From the IMG/VR virus record IMGVR_UViG_3300032024_000415, positions 1 to 38,937 of that record: DNA of 38,937 bases; one strand, 5' to 3'. This stretch comes from a virus. Lineage: Duplodnaviria; Caudoviricetes. Every line of letters starts with the position of its first letter. Within the stretch, counting starts at the first letter, position 1. Positions 1 through 7,287 of the stretch are shown here, piece by piece. Made by a program: the position numbers and the translations under genes. A model generated the notes under the pieces. It searched no databases, was not told the origin of the DNA, and saw nothing but the letters and a program-made list of their open reading frames with translations.

Positions 1-1215
1 CTATTTTAGGGCGATTTCCAGCCATTCTGCTCCGCGCACATCATGATAAATAGCAGTCATTTTGGCGGATTTATGGCCTAGTAACAGCTGGGTGTTAATG
101 CCTTGTTCCGAGTAAAGTCGTTCCGATAATGATCTTTGCTCGTGAAAAGTCGGCGGGTCTTTTCCTTCCCATGTCATTGAAGTTAGTTCACGCGCTCGCT
201 GAAAGCCTCGGCTGATGGTGTTCTGATGCACGGGGTCGCCGGGGGAGTGTTTGGCATTGTTATTATCATGATGGATCAAGCGCTTTGACAGCACGCCACC
301 TTTCCGGCAGTTGGCAATCGCATCACCCAGGCTGAGGTTTAACCGGTCCAGTTTCAGTTCCAGCGGGATCCTCAGCAGGGCGCCGGTTTTTTGCTGAACG
401 ATGTGGAAAAAATCACCCTCAACATATGGGTAGGGTTTTATTGGGTGCGGTTGGCGTTGTTTGTAGGCCAAGTAAGCAGCGTCCCAGTCAGCGCCTTTTT
501 TAAATTGCGCCAGGCTGATGTCTTCGAGCCGTTGAGCGGTTAATAATGCCAATAACATCGCATTTTTGACAAAGGGTTGCAGGGCTTCGGCGGCTTGATA
601 GATGTCCTGCCAGTCCTCAAATGCCAACCGTGCCCGTTTGATGTAGACGGTTTTGTTTTTAGTCAGGGTCGCGGGGTTGGCGTCGGTCTCGCCTTCCTGG
701 ATGGCTTCGGAAAATATATCCATCAGGATTGAGCGCATCGACTGGGCCATCCGGTTCTTGCCTTGATCGCGCATGCTGCCTAATGTTGTCGAAATGTCTT
801 TGACGCTGATATTTTTGATGCCTAATCCGGCAAACGACAGCGCCCATTGCTTGGCGATGTAACAACGGATTTTATGGGTTGTCGGTTTTATCTCGCCGGT
901 TTTTAAGCGTTCGTCCTGGATCTTCAGATAGGCCTCGATCCACAGCTCAAATTTTATGCCGCTGATTTTGATCGTGGGCTGCTGCGCCAGGATACTGTCT
1001 TCTTTTAGCTGGGCGAGTTGGGCGTAGATTGCCGCGTTGAGTTGCAGGGCTCGGGTTTTGGCCACGTCTTCATCGGCACCGAGCCCGCGAAAGCGTCCGT
1101 CGCGTGGGTCTTTGTACTGGAAATTAGCCCGGTTGGTGCGCTTGTCGAGTTTGCGGTACAAGTTCGGGATCTTGTCCAGATCGCGGTTTTTGGGGGTTCG
1201 GTCTCGGGGTGTCAT
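1..1215 (-). CDS. int: Lambda-type tyrosine recombinase (phage integrase)
   Basis: N-terminal arm-binding-like segment (PNLY...FQYKDPRDGRFRGLG); catalytic motifs TAQRLEDI (R), QQKTG (K), FHEQRSLS (HxxR), LLGH, C-terminal Y; xis-like gene nearby. Confidence 0.95.
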   Translation of the reverse strand: MTPRDRTPKNRDLDKIPNLYRKLDKRTNRANFQYKDPRDGRFRGLGADEDVAKTRALQLNAAIYAQLAQLKEDSILAQQPTIKISGIKFELWIEAYLKIQDERLKTGEIKPTTHKIRCYIAKQWALSFAGLGIKNISVKDISTTLGSMRDQGKNRMAQSMRSILMDIFSEAIQEGETDANPATLTKNKTVYIKRARLAFEDWQDIYQAAEALQPFVKNAMLLALLTAQRLEDISLAQFKKGADWDAAYLAYKQRQPHPIKPYPYVEGDFFHIVQQKTGALLRIPLELKLDRLNLSLGDAIANCRKGGVLSKRLIHHDNNNAKHSPGDPVHQNTISRGFQRARELTSMTWEGKDPPTFHEQRSLSERLYSEQGINTQLLLGHKSAKMTAIYHDVRGAEWLEIALK

Positions 1216-1433
1216 TTTTGCTCCTTGACAGGCACTTCATAATCACAGCCATAGGCGTAATCAGGATTCGAACAAAATTTAAACCCCGTTGTGGTCACTT
1301 CAACCATCCGGTAATTACAATGTGGACAGCGTTCGTCCAGCAATTTATGGACGCACGTTCCGCCACCACACTTTAATACATTGCATTTATACATATTTCT
1401 GGTAGTCGTGGGTGTGTTTGTTGAGATAGGCAC
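1212..1433 (-). CDS. Small Cys-rich (zinc-ribbon-like) hypothetical protein; start uncertain (GTG 1433 or ATG 1394)
   Basis: CPHC and other Cys pairs; stop overlaps the int start (ATGA coupling). Confidence 0.55.
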   Translation of the reverse strand: MPISTNTPTTTRNMYKCNVLKCGGGTCVHKLLDERCPHCNYRMVEVTTTGFKFCSNPDYAYGCDYEVPVKEQK

Positions 1434-1461
1434 CGATAAAGGTGCCTATATAGCGTTAGGC
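1426..1461 (+). other. Left boundary of cassette array: 9-bp hairpin followed by core site GTTAGGC (attI/attG-like or degenerate attC)
   Basis: ATAGGCACC-GATAAA-GGTGCCTAT at 1426-1449, 5-nt spacer, GTTAGGC at 1455-1461, complementary to GCCTAAC at 2142-2148. Confidence 0.6.
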
Positions 1462-1464
1462 ACT

Positions 1465-2127
1465 CTATTTTGCTCTTTTTGTTTTCGAAAATCCCATTTT
1501 GTGCGCTTTATGCATAATCTGTTTTTCAGTTCTTCCTGGTAGTTTTTCAGCAACTTTAGTGCCAATGCGCGGGTATTCTGATTTAAGAATTTCAATTTCT
1601 GAGTCAGTCCATAAATGACGTGTTTCTGATTCTAATCCTAATCTAAATGCTCTGAGCATAATCTGTTTTTCAGTTCTTCCTGGTAGTTTTTCAGCAACTT
1701 TAGTGCCAATGCGCGGGTATTCTGATTTAAGAATTTCAATTTCTGAGTCAGTCCATGAATGACGTGTTTCTGATTCTAATCCTAATCTAAATGCTTTCGA
1801 TCGAATCTGGTTTTTATTTCTTCCTGGTAGTTTTTCGGCAACTTTAATGCTAATGCGAGGGTATTCTGATTTAAGAGTTTCAATTTCTGATTCTGTCCAG
1901 AATGTTTGTGTTTTTTTTGTTATACCTAGAAGATTAGCCATATTTTGTATAGCGCTAATTGTCCTATTTTTGAGTAAACACTGAATTTCTTTTTGAGTTT
2001 TATTGTTATAATTATTTTCCAATATTTTTATTTCCTTTATCGTCCACTCCTCATTTCTTCTTTTTTTTGGCTTAGCCAGTTTAATATCATCTAAAGCAGC
2101 TGCCAGGAATCTCGATTTACTAGCCAT
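1465..2127 (-). CDS. Basic protein of tandem SANT/Myb-like helix-turn-helix repeats (cassette 1 cargo)
   Basis: Four WTxxEIxxL...LPGRTxxQI repeats, three nearly identical (48 aa); much more AT-rich than flanks. Confidence 0.8.
   Translation of the reverse strand: MASKSRFLAAALDDIKLAKPKKRRNEEWTIKEIKILENNYNNKTQKEIQCLLKNRTISAIQNMANLLGITKKTQTFWTESEIETLKSEYPRISIKVAEKLPGRNKNQIRSKAFRLGLESETRHSWTDSEIEILKSEYPRIGTKVAEKLPGRTEKQIMLRAFRLGLESETRHLWTDSEIEILKSEYPRIGTKVAEKLPGRTEKQIMHKAHKMGFSKTKRAK
1513..1900. repeat. 144-bp intragenic tandem repeat (about 2.7 copies)
   Basis: CATAATCTGTTTTTCAGTTCTTCCTGG starts at both 1513 and 1657; third more diverged copy near 1800. Confidence 0.9.
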
Positions 2128-2141
2128 AATTTATTATCAAT

Positions 2142-2229
2142 GCCTAACCCGTAAATCAACGGGAACGCGGCCCTAATCTATCGTTAAAATTACAACGCGT
2201 CGCCGCGTCCCGTTATTATTGCGTTATAA
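2142..2229 (+). other. attC recombination site 1 (88 bp)
   Basis: GCCTAAC-CCGTA-AAT(C)AACGGG(A)ACGCGG...CCGCGTCCCGTTATT-ATTGC-GTTATAA; arms pair perfectly apart from the extra C and A typical of attC top strands. Confidence 0.9.
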
Positions 2230-2231
2230 AC

Positions 2232-2405
2232 CTAATACTCGTTCTCTCGGGAAATTTTCAGCCGCCTTTTTTCTTCCCATGCCTCCCAGTCTGTTGTGCG
2301 ATCCATCTCAATACACTCATCACAAAGCGGCACGCCGTGGTAATCTGTTAGTCCAGCTTCCTCGTCTCCGCAGTAATTACAATGAGTCCAGTCTCTAGCT
2401 TTCAT
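2232..2405 (-). CDS. 57-aa CxxC-x15-CxxC zinc-finger-like protein (cassette 2 cargo; not in ORF track)
   Basis: Hand translation MKARDWTHCNYCGDEEAGLTDYHGVPLCDECIEMDRTTDWEAWEEKRRLKISRENEY; GGAG 5 nt before ATG; fills the space between the two attC sites. Confidence 0.75.
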   Translation of the reverse strand: MKARDWTHCNYCGDEEAGLTDYHGVPLCDECIEMDRTTDWEAWEEKRRLKISRENEY

Positions 2406-2417
2406 GGCATCTCCGAC

Positions 2418-2505
2418 TTATAACCCGTCGCTCTACCGGAGCGCGGATTCAATCTATGTTTAAATTACGGGCGCTTTACCGCGCCCGGTTAGCTCTGCGT
2501 TATGC
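2418..2505 (+). other. attC recombination site 2 (88 bp)
   Basis: TTATAAC-CCGTC-GCT(C)TACCGG(A)GCGCGG...CCGCGCCCGGTTAGC-TCTGC-GTTATGC; same length and same extrahelical C and A as site 1; shared loop motif AATCTATnnTTnAAATTAC-like. Confidence 0.9.
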
Positions 2506-2781
2506 GTCATTAGTTTGCCTCATATTCAAAATCTGCAAAACCACCGGGTCGGTCGGGATGATAGTCAGGTCCACGTTGGCCGGGGTTTCGACGAATAATT
2601 TTACCGGCTTACGATATTCAGACAACTCGGTTACCATCCAGTCCTTACCGATTTTATGCGGTGCCGGGTGGATACAACCATTTCTGGCCCACGATCGTAA
2701 GGTATTCTTCGTGTAGCGGCCAGAAAATAGCGCTTCATTCCATTGTTGGAGCGTTATCATTTTGATCGCTGCGCTGCTCAT
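2500..2781 (-). CDS. xis: Excisionase (lambda Xis-like)
   Basis: ITLQQWN...TLRSWARNGCIHPAPHKIGKDWMV mirrors the lambda Xis pattern; upstream of int on the same strand. Confidence 0.85.
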   Translation of the reverse strand: MSSAAIKMITLQQWNEALFSGRYTKNTLRSWARNGCIHPAPHKIGKDWMVTELSEYRKPVKLFVETPANVDLTIIPTDPVVLQILNMRQTNDA

Positions 2782-3140
2782 GTTTTAACCCCCACTAATA
2801 TTGACGGCGGCCTCGGCATCTGGCCGTGTGTCGGACGCCATAAGTGCAAGCAATGCGGATGATTGTTGATATGGTCTGTTTTTGCCGGATGGAACTGTAC
2901 AACGCAGTCATCTTCGTCCCAAAACAGACTTTTGATAAATGTCATTTCGTCCCACGTTGGGCAGCGACTACGCAGCGATACAGATACGTGCTCCCAGCCT
3001 GCGGCATCACTCGCTATGCATTGCAGGGGGTGCTTTATTCCATTGCTGGAAATAATAAATTGTCCATTGTTTCCAGCAATCGAATGGCTGCGCATGAGTC
3101 CGGTTTTTACCCGGTATTTTTCTGGGACGTGAAAGCTCAT
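2778..3140 (-). CDS. Conserved phage hypothetical protein
   Basis: GWEHVSVS...CPTWDEM...FHP...NNHPHCLHLWRP motif common in phage early regions; overlaps both neighbours. Confidence 0.75.
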   Translation of the reverse strand: MSFHVPEKYRVKTGLMRSHSIAGNNGQFIISSNGIKHPLQCIASDAAGWEHVSVSLRSRCPTWDEMTFIKSLFWDEDDCVVQFHPAKTDHINNHPHCLHLWRPTHGQMPRPPSILVGVKT

Positions 3141-3346
3141 TACACCACGCCTTTGGCAATCAGCAGATTTGCTGCATCGGCTTTGTCACAGCAATCTATG
3201 CAGCGTTTGGAGCGGTTTCCCTTCATAATCTTGCCGAGCTGCTCCATCGGCCGGTGGCGGTTGCAGGAGCGGCAATGGAAAGTTTGTTTTAATGCGGGTT
3301 TATTCACGCCATTATCCTCAATTCTGATCAAAATCATTGACATCAT
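3140..3346 (-). CDS. Small CxxC/CxxC zinc-finger hypothetical protein
   Basis: CRSC and CIDC; coupled to the next gene. Confidence 0.6.
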   Translation of the reverse strand: MMSMILIRIEDNGVNKPALKQTFHCRSCNRHRPMEQLGKIMKGNRSKRCIDCCDKADAANLLIAKGVV

Positions 3347-3387
3347 GCACGGCCTCGATCAGGCTATGTTTTTTAGTTTGGCCCATG

Positions 3388-3780
3388 TCAAAAGCTCCCT
3401 GAAATGCGGTGATCGGCATTATTGCTGGAGTGCGTCGCCGGACTGTGTCGCTTAAATTTTGGCGGCTTGATGCCGATTTTCAGCGTTGCCATGAGGGCGT
3501 TGTCGATGCCCTTTGCCGCTTGGACATGATCGCGCACCGGGGCGCGGTCTTCGGCGACGAACACCATGCTTTTCAGGTCGTTGGTCTCCATCCATTTTTT
3601 GACGGCGGCGAGCGGATAGAGCAGTGTTTGTTTAGGCCCTTTCCGGTGCGTTAACGGGAAGCCCCATTTTTCCCGCAGCGTGACAAAGCCCACCTTGGCT
3701 AATCCGGTACCGGCCAGTTTGGCGATGCCGGGGCGGTCGATTTCGGTTGCCCAGTCGATGGGTGCTGCTTTTTTTTTCAT
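3388..3780 (-). CDS. Hypothetical protein, possibly winged-HTH DNA binding (start re-assigned to MKKKAAP)
   Basis: ATGA overlap with upstream gene at 3777-3780; LLYPLAAVKKW resembles excisionase-like wings. Confidence 0.55.
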   Translation of the reverse strand: MKKKAAPIDWATEIDRPGIAKLAGTGLAKVGFVTLREKWGFPLTHRKGPKQTLLYPLAAVKKWMETNDLKSMVFVAEDRAPVRDHVQAAKGIDNALMATLKIGIKPPKFKRHSPATHSSNNADHRISGSF

Positions 3781-3977
3781 TCGCTGTAGTCCTGTAATTC
3801 TTTGCAGGCCACCATTTCGGCTAGATCGCCAGCGGCGGACGCTTTTTCTGCTCGTGCCAGTGATGCTCTCAGCGATGCTGCCAGGAATGCACCCCACGGT
3901 CCAATTTTTAATGCTTGCTCTAGAATTGTTCTGCACCGTGCTTGCTGCCTCGGTAATTCGTCGGCTAGTGTGCTCAT
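3777..3977 (-). CDS. Conserved phage hypothetical protein (MSTLADELP...)
   Basis: AGGAG upstream of ATG 3977; helical small protein typical of phage early arms. Confidence 0.65.
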   Translation of the reverse strand: MSTLADELPRQQARCRTILEQALKIGPWGAFLAASLRASLARAEKASAAGDLAEMVACKELQDYSE

Positions 3978-4143
3978 GACGACTCCTTTGTTTGCCCGGA
4001 TAAATGCTCGGCCAGGTCCTCGATCTGCAGAAGACATTCCGGTGTTAACAGGATGATCGCCGCCCGCCGGAACGCGAGGTTAGGATGTATTTTAGGTTTG
4101 GCGGCGATGTCTGTACGGCGCCGAGGCGGTTGGTTAATGTCCA

Positions 4144-4686
4144 TCACGCTACCGCTGGCCGGAATGATTCTGCTCTGTTTTCCCAGCCGTTGATAAATAT
4201 CGATTGACTCGGGTCGTGGGCGACGATCTTGCGGTAATAATCAACGCGTGCATCTACCAAGATGCTAATAACGCGATGCCCCAGATCGCTGAGGGCGCTT
4301 TCTGCTGCGCTGATAGTGCGCCGACCGATTAAACCATCAATGCCGCCGGGGTAATAGCCGTTTGCATCCAATGTTTTTTGCAGGATTTTTATGGCTCGTA
4401 CCGGTCCGTGATTGACGGCCATGTCAAAGATGATCGGCTGGATAGCGGATTGCAAGAGATTGATGTTTGGCGCCACATAGTAATTTTTCAGGTAGATTTT
4501 TTCGGCGGTGCTTTTGAGCAGCCGTTTTATTTCTGTGGTGCTGACGGTGCCAATGCTGCGATTAAAGTAGTCCGCATAAGCCGCTTTGGTGATGCCGTAT
4601 TTGGTTGGGCCACCTCGGTCTGCCGGGTGATTGATGTAACCGCCTTCTTTGGCAATGATGTCGTCTACCATGGCTTTTATGCTCAT
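4144..4686 (-). CDS. Glycoside hydrolase family 108 lysozyme with peptidoglycan-binding domain (endolysin-like)
   Basis: EGGYINHPADRGGPTKYGIT, FDMAVNHG, IDGLIGRRT, FINGWENR. Confidence 0.9.
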   Translation of the reverse strand: MSIKAMVDDIIAKEGGYINHPADRGGPTKYGITKAAYADYFNRSIGTVSTTEIKRLLKSTAEKIYLKNYYVAPNINLLQSAIQPIIFDMAVNHGPVRAIKILQKTLDANGYYPGGIDGLIGRRTISAAESALSDLGHRVISILVDARVDYYRKIVAHDPSQSIFINGWENRAESFRPAVA

Positions 4687-4731
4687 TATTATCTCCTCGA
4701 GTTTTTTTGTTTAAATCGTGTTTAGGTCGCG

Positions 4732-4935
4732 CTAATCTTCACATTCAAAAATAGTGAGTTCGCTTTCAGCGCGCAGGTTTTTTATCTCAAGATTCATTTT
4801 GGCAAGTGTCGGGAATCGTCCGACCAGATTCCATCCCCCCGATTTATTCATCTCCGTGATGGTTTTATTGTTTTTATCGGCTCTCATGATGCGCACACCC
4901 AGCCGGACCAGCTTGCTTCTGTCTGAACCGTTCAT
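4732..4935 (-). CDS. Hypothetical protein
   Basis: ATGA-coupled to upstream ORF in the leftward operon. Confidence 0.55.
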   Translation of the reverse strand: MNGSDRSKLVRLGVRIMRADKNNKTITEMNKSGGWNLVGRFPTLAKMNLEIKNLRAESELTIFECED

Positions 4936-5234
4936 CCTGATACTCCGGGCCGCGTCGATAAATGATGCACGATATTGGCGATGCCGTTCATCTTCATGCC
5001 CATGGTAATGCCGTTAGCAATCGCATTAGCCGCTGAGCCGCCATCTAACAGGCTTTCTCTGGCTGCGGCGGCGGCGCTGACTTGCGCGACGGCCCGACCG
5101 CCTTTTTTATGCACTCGGTACGCAGCATGACGTTGTACCAGTGCCATTCGGGTGATCAGTTTGTTTTCCAGGGCTTTCGCCCAGCTTTTCTCAGTGACCA
5201 TGATGGCGATCTCCGCGGTTGGGTTATAGGGCAT
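4932..5234 (-). CDS. Hypothetical protein
   Basis: Fits the leftward operon with short spacing. Confidence 0.55.
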   Translation of the reverse strand: MPYNPTAEIAIMVTEKSWAKALENKLITRMALVQRHAAYRVHKKGGRAVAQVSAAAAARESLLDGGSAANAIANGITMGMKMNGIANIVHHLSTRPGVSG

Positions 5235-5256
5235 TGCTGCCCTATTTGAGTTACAG

Positions 5257-6105
5257 TTATTTTTGATAATCCATGGTGCCGATGAAAATATTCAGTTCAT
5301 CAACCTTGATCCCCTCGACAATTTTCTCGCGAAATTGCCCGGCGATCAGCTCCTGGTGTTGCGCCAACTGGACGATGCGAAATTTCAACTGTACTGACTT
5401 ATCATCAGTAATCGCCCGCAAGCGGCAGTCGAATGCAACCGAGTCAAAACCATCGTGCGGAATGGTGCTAAATCTAAATCCGGTAGGCGGCCGTTCTCCA
5501 CCGGCCGTTATTTCAATAGATTCCAGCGCGGAGCGGGCCGCGTTAAAGTTTCCGACTTCATTTTCCAAGCTGGATTTTGCGGAGGTTTTTATTTTGCGCA
5601 GGGTTTTGATGGTTTTCGAGAAGTCCGGGGTGTTAATCACTATCTGACCATCAACCAATGCGTCACCATAGAACTCGATGTTGTCCTGCCAATCTTCGGC
5701 AAAATCGATAAAGGTTTGCTGATCCAGAAACCCATCGTTAAAGCGCAGGAGATCGGCATAGGCGGGGGTTTTGTCCAGGGTTACTCTGGCACGGTGCTTG
5801 CCCCATTCCGGCGATTCAGGATTGCCCATATCGATGATCGCATTTGCCGTCATCGTCGCCTGGTCGATAAAGACGCCGGTGTTGGCGGTGCCGTTCTGGT
5901 CGATGTAGCCGGTAAACTGACTCAATACTGGGGTGCTGAATGAGCCGCGAAAGAAATCAGGTTCCAGTTTTAGCCGCTCCAGGCTTTCCAATTTATAGTT
6001 TTCAGGAACAACAACGGCACTAATGCCGCTAAATCGATGTAATTCCTCTTGTGCCAGTTGCGCGGCGGATAAAGCCGTGATGGCTTGGATTGCTGTACTG
6101 TCCAT
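5257..6105 (-). CDS. YfdQ/DUF2303 family phage protein
   Basis: MDSTAIQAI...FRGSFST...FAEDW pattern; paired with YfdP-like gene. Confidence 0.8.
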   Translation of the reverse strand: MDSTAIQAITALSAAQLAQEELHRFSGISAVVVPENYKLESLERLKLEPDFFRGSFSTPVLSQFTGYIDQNGTANTGVFIDQATMTANAIIDMGNPESPEWGKHRARVTLDKTPAYADLLRFNDGFLDQQTFIDFAEDWQDNIEFYGDALVDGQIVINTPDFSKTIKTLRKIKTSAKSSLENEVGNFNAARSALESIEITAGGERPPTGFRFSTIPHDGFDSVAFDCRLRAITDDKSVQLKFRIVQLAQHQELIAGQFREKIVEGIKVDELNIFIGTMDYQK

Positions 6106-6455
6106 TACTTACTGCCTATGTTAGTGACGTTGCCGCCTGTTGCTTTGAAAATATCATCCTGCGTTTGCGGGCTGATGGTCATATAGCCGAGGTTATCGAC
6201 GTACATGGGTGTAGAGGTGGCATTTTCCTCGGTAGTTTTGCCGTTTTTAGTGGGTCTGGCGTATTTCAGTGTGTGTTTGGTTTGCACGCTGCTGCTGTCG
6301 CCGATTTGCTCGAGATCCAGCACGATAGTGACTTGGCCTTTTTTGCCGGTGGCGATGACGCCCATGGCGACCTGTTTTAAGGCCTCATGGGCTTTGTCGA
6401 TGAATAATCCGGCGTCGAATTCGCCCAGGGTTTCGTCGAGTGTTGGTTTTGGCAT
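6105..6455 (-). CDS. YfdP-like phage protein
   Basis: LGEFDAGLF...GKKGQVTI...HTLKYARPT...TPMYV. Confidence 0.75.
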   Translation of the reverse strand: MPKPTLDETLGEFDAGLFIDKAHEALKQVAMGVIATGKKGQVTIVLDLEQIGDSSSVQTKHTLKYARPTKNGKTTEENATSTPMYVDNLGYMTISPQTQDDIFKATGGNVTNIGSK

Positions 6456-6593
6456 GGTGGTGCTCCGCTTGGTTTTTAAAAAAGGCCCGCCGCTTGACGG
6501 GCTGGTGTTATGGCTTTATTTCATGCCGTTGCTGACATACTGCACCGGACTTTTTTGGGAGCCGGTGGACTCCCGCCATTCTGTTGCAGCCTC

Positions 6594-6617
6594 AAAAAAT
6601 GCCCTCGTACTGAGGGC
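6594..6617 (-). terminator. Intrinsic terminator in the pL transcript (a second likely one at about 6478-6502)
   Basis: Minus strand GCCCTC-AGTAC-GAGGGC-ATTTTTT. Confidence 0.55.
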
Positions 6618-6645
6618 GAGGTGAGGAGCGCTGCTTGGTAAATCG

Positions 6646-6834
6646 TTATTGCGGGTTGTAGCCCGCATCGTTCAGGTGATACTGGATTACATCCAGCGCC
6701 TTAATCATCAGAAAAGCCTCGTCGGCTGTTTGCGATAGATCACGAAAGGTCGAGAATAAGGATCGCTTGCAAAATTGCGCCAGGGCTTCGGCGTGTTCTT
6801 CGCTCAGTTCAATGGTTATGGTTACCGTGGCCAT
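6646..6834 (-). CDS. Small phage hypothetical protein
   Basis: AAGGAG RBS; AEALAQFCKR...LNDAGYNP pattern. Confidence 0.65.
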   Translation of the reverse strand: MATVTITIELSEEHAEALAQFCKRSLFSTFRDLSQTADEAFLMIKALDVIQYHLNDAGYNPQ

Positions 6835-6844
6835 GTTTTTCTCC

Positions 6845-7090
6845 TTACATTTTTTGCAGGGTTTTTAAGGTCGTGAGCAGATCGGTTTCGCTAATGTTGA
6901 GCCGGTTCGCCAGGCGGCTTTTATTGCCGCTGTCCAGGTTGTTACACCAGATCAGTACGGCAAAGCGGTCGTTGCCTGCCAGCGTCGCTTCGATGTCTTC
7001 GATGTAGGCTGCGTCAAGGCCTTGGTCATGCAATACGCCTACGACCTGCTCGGCCAGCCAGTCGAGTTTTGTTACGGGTTTTTTAGCCAT
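6845..7090 (-). CDS. Hypothetical protein, first gene after pL
   Basis: AGGAG RBS upstream of ATG. Confidence 0.65.
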   Translation of the reverse strand: MAKKPVTKLDWLAEQVVGVLHDQGLDAAYIEDIEATLAGNDRFAVLIWCNNLDSGNKSRLANRLNISETDLLTTLKTLQKM

Positions 7091-7168
7091 TTCGGTCTCC
7101 TGTTGTTTTTAATGTCGGGCAGTTAAGACGTTTGCCCGACCCACTTGGCTGTTGCTCCAATGGCTATA

Positions 7169-7211
7169 AAGATACTCTTAGGTAACAACCAAGTCAATAC
7201 CTACGGGTATA
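7169..7211 (-). promoter_or_regulatory. pL promoter with OL-type operators
   Basis: Minus strand TTGACT-17 nt-TATCTT; imperfect palindromes AATACCTACGGGTATA (7196-7211) and GATACTCTTAGGTAAC (7171-7186) resemble the OR site AATACCCACGGGTATT. Confidence 0.75.
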
Positions 7212-7230
7212 TTTATTTTACACGAGACAC

Positions 7231-7253
7231 AAAAAAACCGCTATAATGCGGTT
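7231..7253 (-). terminator. Terminator closing the cI/immunity transcript
   Basis: Minus strand AACCGC-ATTATA-GCGGTT-TTTTT. Confidence 0.6.
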
Positions 7254-7287
7254 CACGGGATAAAATTTGATTAATTTGGGGGGTTAT

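Larger units (their letters stand above)
1456..2499 (+). mobile_element. Array of two integron-type gene cassettes lacking an integron integrase (CALIN-like); cassette 1 = 1456-2223, cassette 2 = 2224-2499
   Basis: Each unit starts after G|TT, holds one tightly fitted ORF and ends in an attC whose inverse core is the exact complement of the unit's own start (GTTAGGCA/TGCCTAAC; GTTATAA/TTATAAC). Confidence 0.85.

Noticed and set aside
1-1215. Integrase as the integron integrase (IntI) for the adjacent attC array
   Set aside because: It has a lambda-type arm-binding N-terminus, lambda-like motifs and a partner Xis; I see no IntI-type motifs or IntI-specific insertion before the HxxR box
1513-1900. 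144-bp repeats as a CRISPR or non-coding array
   Set aside because: In-frame coding repeats of a 48-aa domain
4057-4108. ATCGCCGCC...GGCGGCGAT inverted repeat, and the GTCGGGCA/TGCCCGAC hairpin near 7114-7140, as further attC sites
   Set aside because: No properly spaced AAC/GTT cores or extrahelical bases; probably ordinary leader or mRNA hairpins, function not supportable
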